Positions 13,769 to 27,089 of a stretch of 64,000 bases of DNA are shown here, piece by piece. Origin of the DNA: Octopus vulgaris (Eukaryota); NCBI GenBank assembly GCA_951406725.2, contig OX597815.1, positions 53,258,001-53,322,000 of the forward strand, read 5' to 3'. The translations under genes were made by a program, and so were the position numbers. The notes under the pieces were generated by a model. The model worked only from the letters and a program-made list of their open reading frames with translations, was not told the DNA's origin and ran no database searches. Numbering within the stretch: the first letter of the stretch is position 1; each line of letters begins with the position of its first letter.

Positions 13769-13791
13769 GTTATTATTCTTCTTCTTATTAT

Positions 13792-13826
<35 letters not shown>

Positions 13827-13872
13827 CGCACTCAGACATATATATATATATGGTTTATATAAGTATAATATG

Positions 13873-13916
<44 letters not shown>

Positions 13917-13993
13917 AGAGCTCGTACGATATGTGCATGCATGTATACATGCATATTCATTTATGTGATGTGTATATGCACGATATTTTATAT

Positions 13994-14043
<50 letters not shown>

Positions 14044-14122
14044 GATTATATTTGTATTTGTGCATATTATATCTCTTCGTGAGCAAAAGAAAAAGCTACA
14101 AAAGAGAGATTTAGTGAGAGAA

Positions 14123-14165
<43 letters not shown>

Positions 14166-15264
14166 AACGAAAGTGACAGAGAAAGGGAAAAGATAACAAA
14201 AAAGAAACGAAAAGTTTTCAAAATATACGAATATTGTGCAATGAAAATGAAAATGGTCGTTGGAAAGAAGATGAGGTTTGTGTTATAGTAACTGTATGTC
14301 TAACACAATAACGATTTCTTACATTGGAATGAAACCTCAGAAAAATACGAGAGTGACATAGGATTATGTGACTTTCATTCTTTACTCAGTGAAAGTCGAA
14401 ATAAAGTGGAAGGGGAAGAGAGAAAGAAATTATAAATAAATAAGAAATGGTGTAAGCCCCAAAGAAATATAAAAAACGAGTAAGTGAAACTGGAAAAAAT
14501 TGACAAGAAGACGATAATGTAATAAGAATTGGTAGAATGATAATAATGGCAGGACTAAGCAACAAGATAAAGATCGGAAACAGCGAGACGGTAAAGCTAA
14601 GATGAAGTCGTAAGTAAAGTTGGTTTATTGGCTGATTGGTTAGACAGTAAAGGGGACGGCTTCGAAGAGGAAAAATGGCGTCGCTGGTGAGTCGGGAGAT
14701 GAAGTGGAGGAGCGTTAGCAAAAAGATGGCATTCATGAAGAAATCGATTGACAACTGTCTTGGAGAATCCCCAATTTCCTCTATAATTGCCATTTTCAGC
14801 CAAAAACATTATCAGATTTCAAGCCTACTGAGTTTGCTGTAATGACAGATCGACTTATCGTGAATTCAACTTACGCATTCTTAAAACGACCAATCATCGA
14901 GCAGAATTCTTGAAAAATAGGCTTTGCAGAAAGAAACATAGTACCAATGGGATTCTATAAGAATAAAATACTAAAGAATAAAACCTAAGATATAACTAAG
15001 AAAATTATAAAGAAATAATGAAATCAATCAATCAATAAATAAAACATCTCAGTATAAAAGAAATGGAACAGATATAATAAATCAAAATTTGTTCAATAAA
15101 TCAAAATTCCAGCAATATCCAAGCGTCTTTCAAATCTATATTCTCATAACACTTTCTTTTACTTAGACGTTCGCATACATGAATTTATTCCCGAACACAT
15201 AGAAGTGTATATGATTACATATAACCCTAAATATATGCACATCAACCTAGCGAAGTATATTCAA

Positions 15265-15665
15265 TCTTATCTTTTAGTTTTTATTTATTTCACTCATTGG
15301 ACTACGGCCACGCTGAGGCACTGCTTTCAGGGATTTAGTTAAATAACTCGACCCCAGTATTTATTTTTCTAGCGATCTCTTTTTGCCAAATCCCTAAATT
15401 ACGGGGACTTACGGGGACAAACTAATAACGTTTATCAAGTGGTGGTGGGGAAGAAACACATATAAGTATACAGATACACATATAAATATAAATATATATA
15501 AATATAACGAGCTTCTATTAGTTTCCGTATACCAAATCCACTGACAAGGCTTTAGGAGTCTATACAAAAGGACACTTGCCCAAGATGTCACGCTGTGGTA
15601 CTGAACCTGGAACCTGAAACCATGCGATTGGGAAGAAAGCTCCTTTTTTTCACACTGTTACACCT
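15265..15665 (-). mobile_element. SINE family B (diverged, near full length)
   Basis: Head, CORE-like segment (gacacttgcccaag on plus), decayed internal microsatellite and tail all present. Confidence 0.75.
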
Positions 15666-17215
15666 ATTGTAGGTAGATCTCTTATATAAAATGTTAATAG
15701 AAAGTGTGTCCCTTTCATTCTTTAACACAGTACCAATATATAAATTGTAGATCTTTATTCATTGCACTTGTGTCGACTTTTCTTCATATTCGATGATTAT
15801 TAATTAATGCATTTTCGATTAAACATAGTGTCAGACATTGTGGCAAATATATACGTTATTGGATTACCAGATTATATATCGACTATTATATATCGACTAA
15901 TTATTATATATCGACTAATTGGTCGACCAGATTAGATATCAACTATTCTTAGTATTTCAAAGTATTTTATTGTATTCTTTATGTGTAAAGTCTTCGTCCC
16001 TTCTGCTCCATTTCATCTGGTTGAGAAGAATAAGTTTTAAGACCGACTATGAATGCTCTTTGTGATAATTGACCTCTTATCCAGGAGGCAGATATTTTTT
16101 TAAATTCACACTGTTGCATTGAGAGCAACTGGTTTCAAATTAAGTTTGCTGTTATATCTGTCTATTTCCAGATATACATTCGTGCGCCATCAGTATATCC
16201 ATTTTAACTACTGAACAAGACGTACAGGGAAATGGAATGTGGAATGTATAGAACAGCTATTTATCCATCAAAAAGGAGAAAAATTAAGGATTCGGGAAAA
16301 GATATAAGAAACATCGGGAACTAAGCTACATGTCTTTTCCTTATACTCTGTTGATAGATAATCAAAACTTTACAATTAGCAAAGTGCTAAGAACTTTTGA
16401 ATGTTTAATATTAAAGTCAAGAAATTAGTAATATATTCAATGTAAGGAACATCAAAAAGTGAAATAATCGCGTGGTGAGGAAAAGCAATATAAGTATGTT
16501 TCATATTTTCATTGTGACAATGTAGATATGCCGAAACAGCGAGAAAAGAACCACTAAGTAAATGTAGAACATTGCTGGATGGTTATCGCAAGAAAATAGG
16601 ATTCATTAGAGAATAAATGATTCAGAGACGTCATTCGCATGAAAAACAGTAAGTCGATGCTAACATATTTAATGCAGGGATAATTAAAATGCCAGCGCGA
16701 GCTTAGCTATTTTACTTCTCAGAAGGCGAGAATAATTTGATAATGTTTCACACTGTACAATATATAAAAGCCATTTTACATATTATTGCAATGGAAAAGA
16801 CAAGAAACGGAGTGTCCATTAAACTGAGAAGTTATTGGTATCACATCTGCAGAATCCTTGCATTATCTGTCATAACCTCTAGTTTATTTGTTAGTCGTTC
16901 TCCATCTAACTTAGTACTGGGTCAAATATAAGCTGGTTTGGCGATAGCTTCTCTATAACAGCCGTTGTCTTGCAGTTGATGACATGTCAGAAGACTGCTA
17001 TGGCAGATAAGAAACTATCCATTAATATTTTTTAATTAGAAAAGCTTCTTACGAGAAAATATAGTAATCTTTAAAGCCGTACATAATGGAAAAGCCGAAA
17101 TTCTTTATATTCAGTATTTCAGTTCTCTTTCAAAACATTTATTATGAAAGATGTGAATGGTATTGTGTAAAGAAAGTTACATAATATTCGACCTTCGAAT
17201 TAACTTCCTTATAAC

Positions 17216-17425
17216 AAGGAAGTGAGCTGGCAGATTCCTTAGTACGCCGGACAAAATACTGAGCGGCATTTCGCCTTCTTTACGTTTTGAGTTCAGATTC
17301 CGCTGAGGTCAACTTTGCCTTTCATTCTTTTGGGTCGATAAAATATGTACCAGTTGAAACTGGGGTCGATGTAATCAACTCATCCCTTCCCTGAAATTGC
17401 TGGCCTTGTGCTAAATATTTTAAAC
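17216..17425 (+). mobile_element. SINE family A
   Basis: Family A consensus motifs. Confidence 0.85.
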
Positions 17426-17876
17426 GAATGACAAGTCTTTTTTTGGAATTGGTTCTCGAAGTACATATAAAATTAAATAATAGTGTGTAAATATTGGGCT
17501 GAAAAACACTTTTCGAATTGAAAAAGTAGAAAATTGACTGAGGGACTTGAACTCACATTTCCTGTTATGTATAAGGGAGATATGGGTTCGAGTCCAACGG
17601 AGTAAGTAGATCTCGGACGGTCTTGACAATGACTTTTCACTTTTTTATTCACCTAAATTGCCTGCTGACTAAATTAGTGTAAAAAATGGCTGAATATTCC
17701 ACAGATTCGTGTACCCATAACATACTTGTTTGGGTGCCTCAGTGTGAAACAGTGCTTCAAGGCTGAACCGAACTGGGGACCTCGTTATTACAAAGCAAGC
17801 TTTTCAACCAGTGAGTTGAGCTGCATCAGATTCGCGCTTTGTACCATAGGCAACGCAATAATATCTTGCGACGGTG

Positions 17877-18085
17877 AAGGCAGCGAGCTGGCAGAATCGT
17901 TAGCACGCCGGGCAAAATGCATAGTATTTCGTTCGTCTTTACGCTCGAATGCTGTCGAAATAGACTTGGCTTTCATCCTTTTGAGGGTCGTTAGAATAAA
18001 TACCAGTTGATGTCTGGGGTTGATGTAAAGGACTTAGCCCCTTCCGCCAAAATTGTTGACCTTTTGCCAAAATTTTAAAACCCAT
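17877..18085 (+). mobile_element. SINE family A
   Basis: ggcagcgagctggcagaatcgttagcacgccgggcaaaatgc... Confidence 0.85.
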
Positions 18086-18209
18086 ATTTTACGTTTGTCA
18101 ATCGTCAACAGTTTATCCAAACTAGGGTTTAATGTAGACGCAGCAAATCGAGAACGATGATACATTGTTCCAAAAACTATGACAAATTCATAACAACAAA
18201 ATATATATA

Positions 18210-18440
18210 TTTTTTATTGCCCACAGAGGGTTAAACCTAGAGGGGTTAAACTAGGACAGACAAAGGGACTAAGTCGATTACATCGACCCCAGTGCGTAAC
18301 TGGTACTTACTTAATCGACCCCGAAAGGATGAAAGGCAGAGTCGACCTCGGCTGAATCTGAACTCAGAACGTAACGGCAGACGAAATAACGCTTAGCATT
18401 TCGCCTGGCATCCTAACGATTCTGCCAGCTCGCCGCCCTA
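18210..18440 (-). mobile_element. SINE family A with alternative tail (tail-b)
   Basis: Family A head and centre; tail ...tgtctgtcc..ccctct..gtgggcaataa on the minus strand. Confidence 0.85.
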
Positions 18441-18589
18441 ATCAACATATAATCAAAATATAGATGATGACTGCGTACCATATAAAATATGAGGAAGTTG
18501 AGAATGAGGAGTAAGAACAGAAAGAGCAGGATGAGGAAGTGGGAAGGACGGAGAAATGAAAGATAGAATCATTCTTTAAGCTTTTTCCT

Positions 18590-18928
18590 CTTATTTATTT
18601 GTTTTCGTTATTGGATTGCAACCATGCTGGGGCACCACATTGAATAGTTTACTGGAGCAAATGAACCCTTCTACATATTTTAAGCCTGGTACACATTCTA
18701 TCGGTTCCTTTAACTGAACTGCTAGATATTGAATACGGAAACAATCTAAGACCAGTCATCAAACGACACACACACACACACGCACACACACTGTTTCCAA
18801 CTGCCAGAATCCCTTACAAGGTATTAGTAGACTCGGGGCTAAAGACATTTGCTCAAGGTATCGCGCAGTGGGACTGAACCCGAAACAACACGGTTGCAAA
18901 GCGAACTTCACACTGCCATGTCTGCACC
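18590..18928 (-). mobile_element. SINE family B (diverged)
   Basis: gcagtgggactgaaccc head segment, internal (CA)n, tail ccatgctggggcacc. Confidence 0.7.
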
Positions 18929-19369
18929 TATGATATACTTAACTCAGCGCTTGCCTAGACAAACAGACAGATACATGTTCATTAGCACATACACACTGAC
19001 ATATGTAGGTACAAACACACATAGTCGCCATAAATGGGAGTGAGTTCGTAAGACCAACTATTTATCCCTATATTACATAGCTCCCTTTACAGACTCTTTC
19101 AACAACACCATCAGCACCATCAACAACAGGAATAACCGGAATTGCATCATAAACAATAGCTAGGAGCCCTAAATAGAACAATGATGAAACAGGTCGGCTG
19201 CAGCAGGCAAACTAAATTATTCGGACGTTGAGTATAACAATTAAAACACTCCAACAATGAAATGTTACCGTCTGTCTCCTGTTTTACAGGCTCCTTTTCC
19301 CTCTCTCACCGTTCTTCCCACTACACTGGCTCCCTATAAAGATACAAATAGTTTGCGGAATATATGTGT

Positions 19370-19427
<58 letters not shown>

Positions 19428-19565
19428 GAGAGAGTGTATGACTGTGTGTGCGCGCGCGCTTTTTATGCGTGTGTGCGTGGCCGGGCGTATGCATGTCTGT
19501 GTGCGTGAATGTCAATCTCCGTCACAAACGAATGCGTGAAAACTAAGATATTTATATAGTCATCT

Positions 19566-19847
<282 letters not shown>

Positions 19848-20080
19848 TGTAACCATTTTTATGTGTGCATGTATACATGGATGCAAGTATGTATGTATGT
19901 ATATATGTATGTATGTATGCATGTATGTATATATGTATGTATGTATGCTTGCATGCATGTATTTATATACGTACCTACAAATTATCGCTCTAAATTGGAT
20001 CCACTTTTCTATAATTGAGTCTTTTCGATAATTCGCTTTCCGTAAAATGATTTTATCGGTATAACTGAAAATTAATAATA

Positions 20081-20139
<59 letters not shown>

Positions 20140-20176
20140 GCCTGCCTGTCTGCATGCCTGCCTGCCTATCTATCTG

Positions 20177-20220
<44 letters not shown>

Positions 20221-20900
20221 ATCCAAATAAAAAGAGAAAGCAACAGTTAAAACATCATTTCACATTTGAATTGCAGTTACAATATATATATACATATATA
20301 TATATATATTTATATTTATATAACACACACACGTGTGTGCGGCGCGTGTATGTGTATATATATGTGTGCATGTGTGTATATATATGTGTGTGTAAAAGGA
20401 AAATGGACAAGAAAACCAAGTCAGGACGAGTATCTCAGGTCATTTAGAATATTTAATTAGAGTAAGGTGAATCAAAAACTGGAGTAATTAATGTCTTAAA
20501 GCTGTTTCTGAGATATTCTAGGTGATGGTTCAAAATCAAAGTATGCAGGAAAGTTCTAGACAGAGAATTCACGAACATGCACACATATAACAACATACAT
20601 ATATACACGCATACATACATGCATACATATATACATACACACATACATACTTACATAATACATACATATAAATATATATTTACATGCATACATATATAAA
20701 TAGACAGTGAGAGAGAGAGAGGGGGAGAGAGAGAGGGAGAGAGAGAGGGAGAGAGGGAGGGAGAGAGAGAGAGAGTGAGTGAGTGAGAAAGTTGATAAGG
20801 TAAAGATAGACTAGAGACGTAGATTTATATGGAGCAAAAAATACAAAAAATACAAATAATGAAATGCGGAAAAATTATGTAATGTGCATTGTCTACTCAT

Positions 20901-20962
20901 ATATTCCTATTAATATGGTTATTACGCAAAGTATGGCCATATTGAAACAGCTGTCGAAATAA
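20901..20962 (+). ncRNA. decayed minimal hammerhead ribozyme motif
   Basis: 11-bp stem II aatatggttat/atggccatatt, then GAAA-CAGCTG-TC, stem I tattc/gaaata; CUGANGA box corrupted (CT-ATTA). Confidence 0.45.
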
Positions 20963-21250
20963 GTCATTGCATAATTTTTCTTTAACTTTTAATTTGTATT
21001 TTCTGCTCCATGATATACGTCTGAAGTCTAACTTTGCTTATCTACCTTATTATCTCCATAACATCTCTATTAAGAATGGTCTTCTTATTATTTTCGATGC
21101 TGAGGTGCTTGTCCTGGATGAAGAATTTGAAGTTTAGCTTCAGACTTCACATTCAGTTGTTCACAACTCTGTGATACGAACCTGACCTCATTTTGCTCTT
21201 CTCTCTGCCTCGCTCTTCCCTTTCTCTTTCTATCTGTCTCTCAGATCCTC

Positions 21251-21476
21251 TATGTATGTATGTATGTATGTATGTATGTATGTATGTATGTATGTATGTA
21301 TGTATGTATGTATGTATATATATATGTGTGTGCGTGTGTATAGATTGATAGATAAATAGATATAGATAGATAGATACATGCATACATACATGCATTCATA
21401 CATACATACATACAAACATACATACATACATACATACATACATACATACATACGTACATACATACATACATACATA
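21251..21476. repeat. inverted (TATG)n ... (CATA)n microsatellite pair
   Basis: Directly visible. Confidence 0.9.
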
Positions 21477-21796
21477 GTAACATCAACTCCAAGACTGATG
21501 AGGAATATACAAAGTTCAGATAGTTTAAATATGTTTGTAACACATCTTAACTAGCCTAAATATTTCTACTTCATGTTTATACATTCAAATAAATAATACT
21601 AAAGTACTTTTTCAATTTCCTGTTTGGTTGCGAGCTGGGGCAAACTGCTGCTACCTCTAGCGGACAGGTACCCACCGTACGGTTCGGTGGTCCTACCGCT
21701 AGGAGCTGGTAGGTACGGATTCGCTCCCCTGCTTGCAATATATATCGGGTGCAAACTTCATCGAATAACCAGCTGGAGGAAGCATCTTCCTGTGGG

Positions 21797-21850
<54 letters not shown>

Positions 21851-21851
<1 letters not shown>

Positions 21852-21890
21852 TAGCAGTGGACCCCGGGGTTGCTCGGATGTTATGACATA
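21851..21890 (-). mobile_element. Helitron-like 3' terminus
   Basis: Minus strand: GC-rich hairpin ccgagcaaccccgg, then a short spacer and CTAG|T at the edge of a (TA)n tract. Confidence 0.5.
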
Positions 21891-21999
21891 CAGCCACATT
21901 GTATTACTTGATCCTTTCTTATGGGCAGAATCAGCGCACGAGGAGTGTGAAGCAAACAACTCTTTCTTATAAACATGTTTTTCGGTCTTTTTCTATTGA

Positions 22000-22366
22000 A
22001 CAACGCTACAGTTTCCGTCTACCAAATTCAGTCGCAGTTCTGGTTGGCGTACAAAACACTTACCCAAAGTACCACGCAGGCAGACTGATCGTGGAACCAT
22101 GTGGTAAGGAATCAAACTTCTCAACCACACAGTCATTCTTGTATCTAATATGTTTGTGTGTCTGGGTGTTCGTGCGTGCTAACATCTGTTGTTAAATCGA
22201 GTATTGTGTCCGGCAGAATTGCCTCCCTTATAACTGTTCGACCCAACCTCGTTTTCGAGGTTTTCGTGTAAAAAAGAGTAGTTGTATGGAAGACACACTT
22301 CATTTGGTAGCCGAAAGGTTCTGAATCTGTTGATACCACATACTTCAAATTTAACAATTCAGTTTT

Positions 22367-22457
<91 letters not shown>

Positions 22458-22540
22458 GGCGGACTTCTTTCAGTTTCCGTCTACCAAATCCACTCACAAG
22501 GCTGTGGTCGGTCCCAGGCTATAGAAGACACTTGCCCAAT
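22000..22540 (-). mobile_element. two partial SINE family B copies (~22000-22140 and 22456-22540)
   Basis: cagtttccgtctaccaaat and gacacttgcccaa motifs. Confidence 0.7.
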
Positions 22541-22924
22541 TTTTTACTTTACATGTATATGTAAATATTTTCGCATAGTTCTCATGTACATGGACACACA
22601 TGTACTCACACATTTTCAGTGTTGAACATTACCATTCCGTTTCCATTGTGCCCGCGCGCGCAAACGTATCTATCTTTTACACACACATATACTCATACTT
22701 GAAACGTCGCTTATCGGCTTTTTCACTCCATTCTTCGTTATTCATCTATCACCCCTTCTGTTCTCATTCATATGATGCTGTCTTTGCCACTTCGATTCGT
22801 CTTTCTCATTGTCATTACTTTCTCTCGCTACCTCTCAGTCATGGTTATTACTCTCACTAATTCTCCTTCACTGTATTAGTATTTTATCTCCTCTCTCTTC
22901 ACCTCTCACTCAATATATATATAT

Positions 22925-23062
22925 TTGAACTATTTTTCCGTTTGAGTGAGCAGTCATTTTATTTCAGATATTCTCATTTTAAAAATCATCTCCGCTTAAT
23001 CATTGTTGAGAGGGCGTTGGTGTTGCTTTGGCGGAGGTTTGCGCGCTCTGAGTGCTCTTGTT
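22925..23062 (+). mobile_element. Helentron/HINE (DINE-1-like) 3' end
   Basis: ttggcggaggt (subterminal IR-like) + gcgcgctctgagtgc hairpin + tcttgtt, the architecture of HINE 3' termini. Confidence 0.55.
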
Positions 23063-23131
23063 ATTATTATCATTAGTTTATTTGTTAGAGTTCTTTCGTC
23101 AAACATTATAACAGAACTCTGACAAATAAAC

Positions 23132-23132
<1 letters not shown>

Positions 23133-23200
<68 letters not shown>

Positions 23201-23232
23201 TAATAATAACAATAATAATAATAATAATAATA
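23133..23232. repeat. (TAA)n microsatellite
   Basis: Directly visible; abuts an R4-type element. Confidence 0.97.
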
Positions 23233-24456
23233 AAAGCGCCTCAAGCTTCTCTTGAAATCAAAGCTCAACTCATGGAACCTTGTGACAGCCATCAACATAC
23301 GGGCTGTTGCCGTAATCCGCTATAGTGCACCCATTCTGAGATGGTTACGAGCGGAAATTGACCAACTCGAGCTCACTACCCAAAAGACAATGACAAATGT
23401 ACACAGGTTCTACATGAAGAGAAGGACATTGGCTGATTAGCGTAAGGGAGTGTATCAACAGTGAAAGATGAAATATGGCAGAATATTAGGTAAACAGCTA
23501 AGAACACTTGCTACAGTATGCTGCTAGTGCAGAAGGAGTTAACAAAAATGGACTTGAGAGTGCTCATGAATTCCAAACAAGAACAGCCAACAAGAGAGAA
23601 GAAACCTTACTCCGCATGGAGTTACATGGTCAGTTCTACCGTGAAACCAGTAAACTGAAAGATGAGGGAGCATCATGGAGGTGGCTCCAGAAGGGTGACT
23701 TAAAAAGGAAGACTGAAAGCCTAATCATCGCGGCACAGGACCAGATATTGAATATCAACTTAGTGAAAAAGAATATATACTACACAACTTCATCGGAATT
23801 CGGCAGAATGTGTGGGAAGAGGGTTGAAAGCTTGCGAAAGTTTTGCGCAGAAAGAGTACAAGCATAGACGCGACAAAGTAGCCCAAAACCTCCACTGGTT
23901 ACTTTGCCGTAAGTATGGATATGAGGTTGCGGGTGCTTGGTACCAACATACACCGGAAAAGGTAATGGACGAAAAGGGGAAGGCAAAAACCCTCTGGGAC
24001 TTTGACTTCCAGACAGACAACTTGTTAGAGCACCGAAGGCCGGATATAGTAACCTTTAGAAGTGACAAACAAGAGTAGCTTATAACTGACGTAGCAGTGT
24101 TAGGAGTTCAACATATCATGATGAAAGAAAGAGAAAGATTTGATAATTATGGAGACCTGAGAACTGAGATCGCTAAGATGTGGCAGCTACGAGGGTCGAA
24201 CGTAAAGGTTATCCTTATTGTCATAGGAGCATTGGGTTCAATACCACCCAATCTGAAAAAAAACATCTGAAAACTTTTCAGATACTCTATAATCTAAATG
24301 TATTGCAAAAGCCGGCATTAGTTGGAACTGTATGAATATTGCGTAAAGTGCTGTCTGTCTGAGATCCTTGTTGTAACTTGACAGACAGTGCAAGCTCCCG
24401 GTAGATACAATATCTTTAATCAACGACCTCACGATATTGTGTACTGTGAGACGTCT
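23233..24456 (+). mobile_element. R4/Dong-type RLE non-LTR retrotransposon, 5'-truncated (subfamily 3)
   Basis: KSKLNSWNLVTAIN..RYSA, LHGQF, WL.KGDLKRKTESLIIAAQDQ, EYKHRRDKVAQNLHW, RRPDIV and IPIVIGALG motifs with frameshifts; 5' (TAA)n and 3' taatagtaatag. Confidence 0.9.
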
Positions 24457-24471
24457 ATAATAGTAATAGCA

Positions 24472-24982
24472 ATCATTTCAAATTTTGGCACAAAGCCAGT
24501 ATTTTTGGAGGAGGGTAAGTCGATTACATCAGCCCCAATGCTCAACTGGTATTTATTTTATCCACCACAATAAGATGAGAATTTCAACTCAGTACGTAAT
24601 GATCGACGAAATGCTGCAAAGCATTTTGACCGGGGTGCTACCGATTCTACCAGCTTAACTTAACTTAATTCATCGATCTCGAATGGATGAAAGGCAAAGT
24701 CAACCTCGGCGGAATTTGCACTCAGAACGTAATTGCAGACGAAATACCTATTTCTTTACTACCGACAAGGGGCTAAACACAGACGGGGCAAACAAGGACA
24801 GATAAACGGATTAAGTCGATTATATCGACCCCAGTGCGTAACTGGTACTTATTTAATCGACTCCGGGAGGATGAAAGGCAAAGTCGACCTCGGCGGAATT
24901 TGAACTCAGAACGTAGCGGCAGATGAAATACCGCTAAGCATTTTGTCTGGCGTGCTAACGGTTTTGCCAGGTCGCCGCCTTA

Positions 24983-25037
<55 letters not shown>

Positions 25038-25262
25038 TGATGATGATGGTCTTTTCTACTCTAGGCACAAGGCCTGAAATTTTGGGGGAGGGGTCAGTCG
25101 ATTAGATCGACCCCAGTACGCAACTGGTACTTAATTTATCGACCATGAAAGGATGAAAGCAATGTCGACCTCGGTGGAATTTGAACTCAGAACATAAAGA
25201 CATACGAAATACCGCTACGCAATTCGCCCGACGTGCTAACGTTTCTGCTAGTTCGCCGACTT
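24472..25262 (-). mobile_element. cluster of four SINE family A units (24472-24655, 24660-24748, 24749-24981, 25050-25262) with a (TAA)n spacer
   Basis: Repeated gatgaaaggcaaagtcgacctcggcggaatttgaactcagaacgt motif. Confidence 0.85.
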
Positions 25263-25276
25263 AATGATAATAATAA

Positions 25277-25647
25277 TGCTTTCTAATCAATGTATCAATA
25301 CCGACAGATGACAACATTTCTCTACAAGAAACGGGGAAACTTTCAAAATGCAAAGATCTGGAAGTAAAGGTAACTGGAATGTGGAGTCTAAAAACAAAAA
25401 CTATTCATTTTATAGTAGGCTCATTAGGTATGATTAAAAATCATTCAGACAAATCACAACAAAAACGCTACGTCTCACAAATATATATAACATACAGAAA
25501 AGAACACTACTAGGCACCGTACACGTCCTACGTAAAACACTTTCAATACAGTGAAAATAAAGCACCACAACAAACCACAGTGCATATCCAAGGCACACAC
25601 AGCTGCGCTTGGAAGTGCAGTAAAAGCACGTGATAAAGATCAGACTA

Positions 25648-25650
<3 letters not shown>
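25277..25650 (+). mobile_element. R4/Dong-type element 3' fragment (subfamily 2)
   Basis: CFLINVSIP..KLSKCKDLEV..MWSLKT..IVGSLG..LLGTVHVLRK; 3' UTR homologous to 36260-36366; flanked by TAA. Confidence 0.85.
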
Positions 25651-25724
<74 letters not shown>

Positions 25725-25778
25725 TGATGATGATGATAAGAATAATAATAATGATGATGATAATGATAATGATGATGA
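25651..25778. repeat. (TAA)n/(TGA)n microsatellite
   Basis: Directly visible. Confidence 0.95.
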
Positions 25779-26045
25779 TTTATTTATTTATTATTCATTT
25801 ATTCTAAGTGAAGCTCAAATAAATAGTGCGTGTGTTCAATTGTTAAAAAGTTTACCATCACTAAACATAACAATATTAGTTTCAACACATGATTTCACAT
25901 CAAGAACATTGCAAAACAAACAAACATACACACATACACACGCACGCAAACACACGCAAACGCACGCACACACACACACACGCACACATAATTCATCTCT
26001 TGTTTCAGTCATTAGACTGCAGCCATATGTACATTATATGAGGGC

Positions 26046-26119
<74 letters not shown>

Positions 26120-26231
26120 ATTTAGGAATGGTCATTTTGCCAGTTTAGCCAATAAAAACACACGCACTATATATTTGGTGTTACTTTGCTTCAGCGTCAT
26201 TTATTTTTTTACAATAATCTTAATCTTATTT

Positions 26232-26277
26232 CGGCCAGAGTTCTTTCGTCACACTCCTGTGACCGCATCAGTGGTCC
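26232..26277 (-). ncRNA. minimal hammerhead ribozyme-like motif with variant core (CUGAUGC)
   Basis: Minus: GGACCA CTGATGC G GTCACA-GGAG-TGTGAC GAAA GAAC TC TGGCC; perfect 6-bp stem II, stem I with one bulge. Confidence 0.6.
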
Positions 26278-26509
26278 TTTGCTTCCTTCTTTCTTATTTG
26301 TGTGTCTCTCCTTAATAACCGTCAGCCATTTTGTATTTCTACTGTATGTGTCTTCATTTGCGCATGCGTATATCTCTATGTGCGTCTATGCTTAGTTAGT
26401 GTGTGTGTGGGGGGAAATGCCTGTAATATTTGTATCTGCTGTTTATATACGTTCGTGTAATATATATATACCTCATGTGTGTATGTATTTATGTTTGAAT
26501 GTGTCTAAT

Positions 26510-26546
<37 letters not shown>

Positions 26547-27048
26547 GTCTATCTATCTATCTACCCAGTGTGAGATGGGGAGAGAATGTGTGAGAAAGAG
26601 TGAGAGAGAGAGAGAGAGGGGGGAGAGGGAAAGAGAGGCATGTATGTATTTCTCACTCTGCATGTATGGATGTGTACGTTTCCGCTTGTGTAAGCCATAT
26701 TATCTTATGCGCGTAAGCGCGAATACGTACACTATCAGTAGACATAAATATAACAAGTTAACAACAATTACGCCTTGGTTAATTGTGAACCTGAGAAACT
26801 TTTTTAGGGAAGATTGTGGGACCACTCGCTGTGTTTTTGTTGGAGGGAGTCGTCTATAGACAGAGAGCAGGGTGTAATTAACAAGCAATGACAATGTAAT
26901 TAAAGTCCTTGTGGACAATAGACGACGTGTGCTCGCTTTGTACTTGATGGGACAGTTTCATGTAAAATAATGAGATTTGGCGTGCTGACGTATAATGGCC
27001 AGTTTATATCGTTTTCTATAGCTCTGTAGATGTATGTTTTTCATAATC

Positions 27049-27089
<41 letters not shown>

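Noticed and set aside
21490-21550. CTGATGA followed by a weak stem and GTAACACATC
   Set aside because: GAAA box mutated and stems poor; too degenerate to call a hammerhead.
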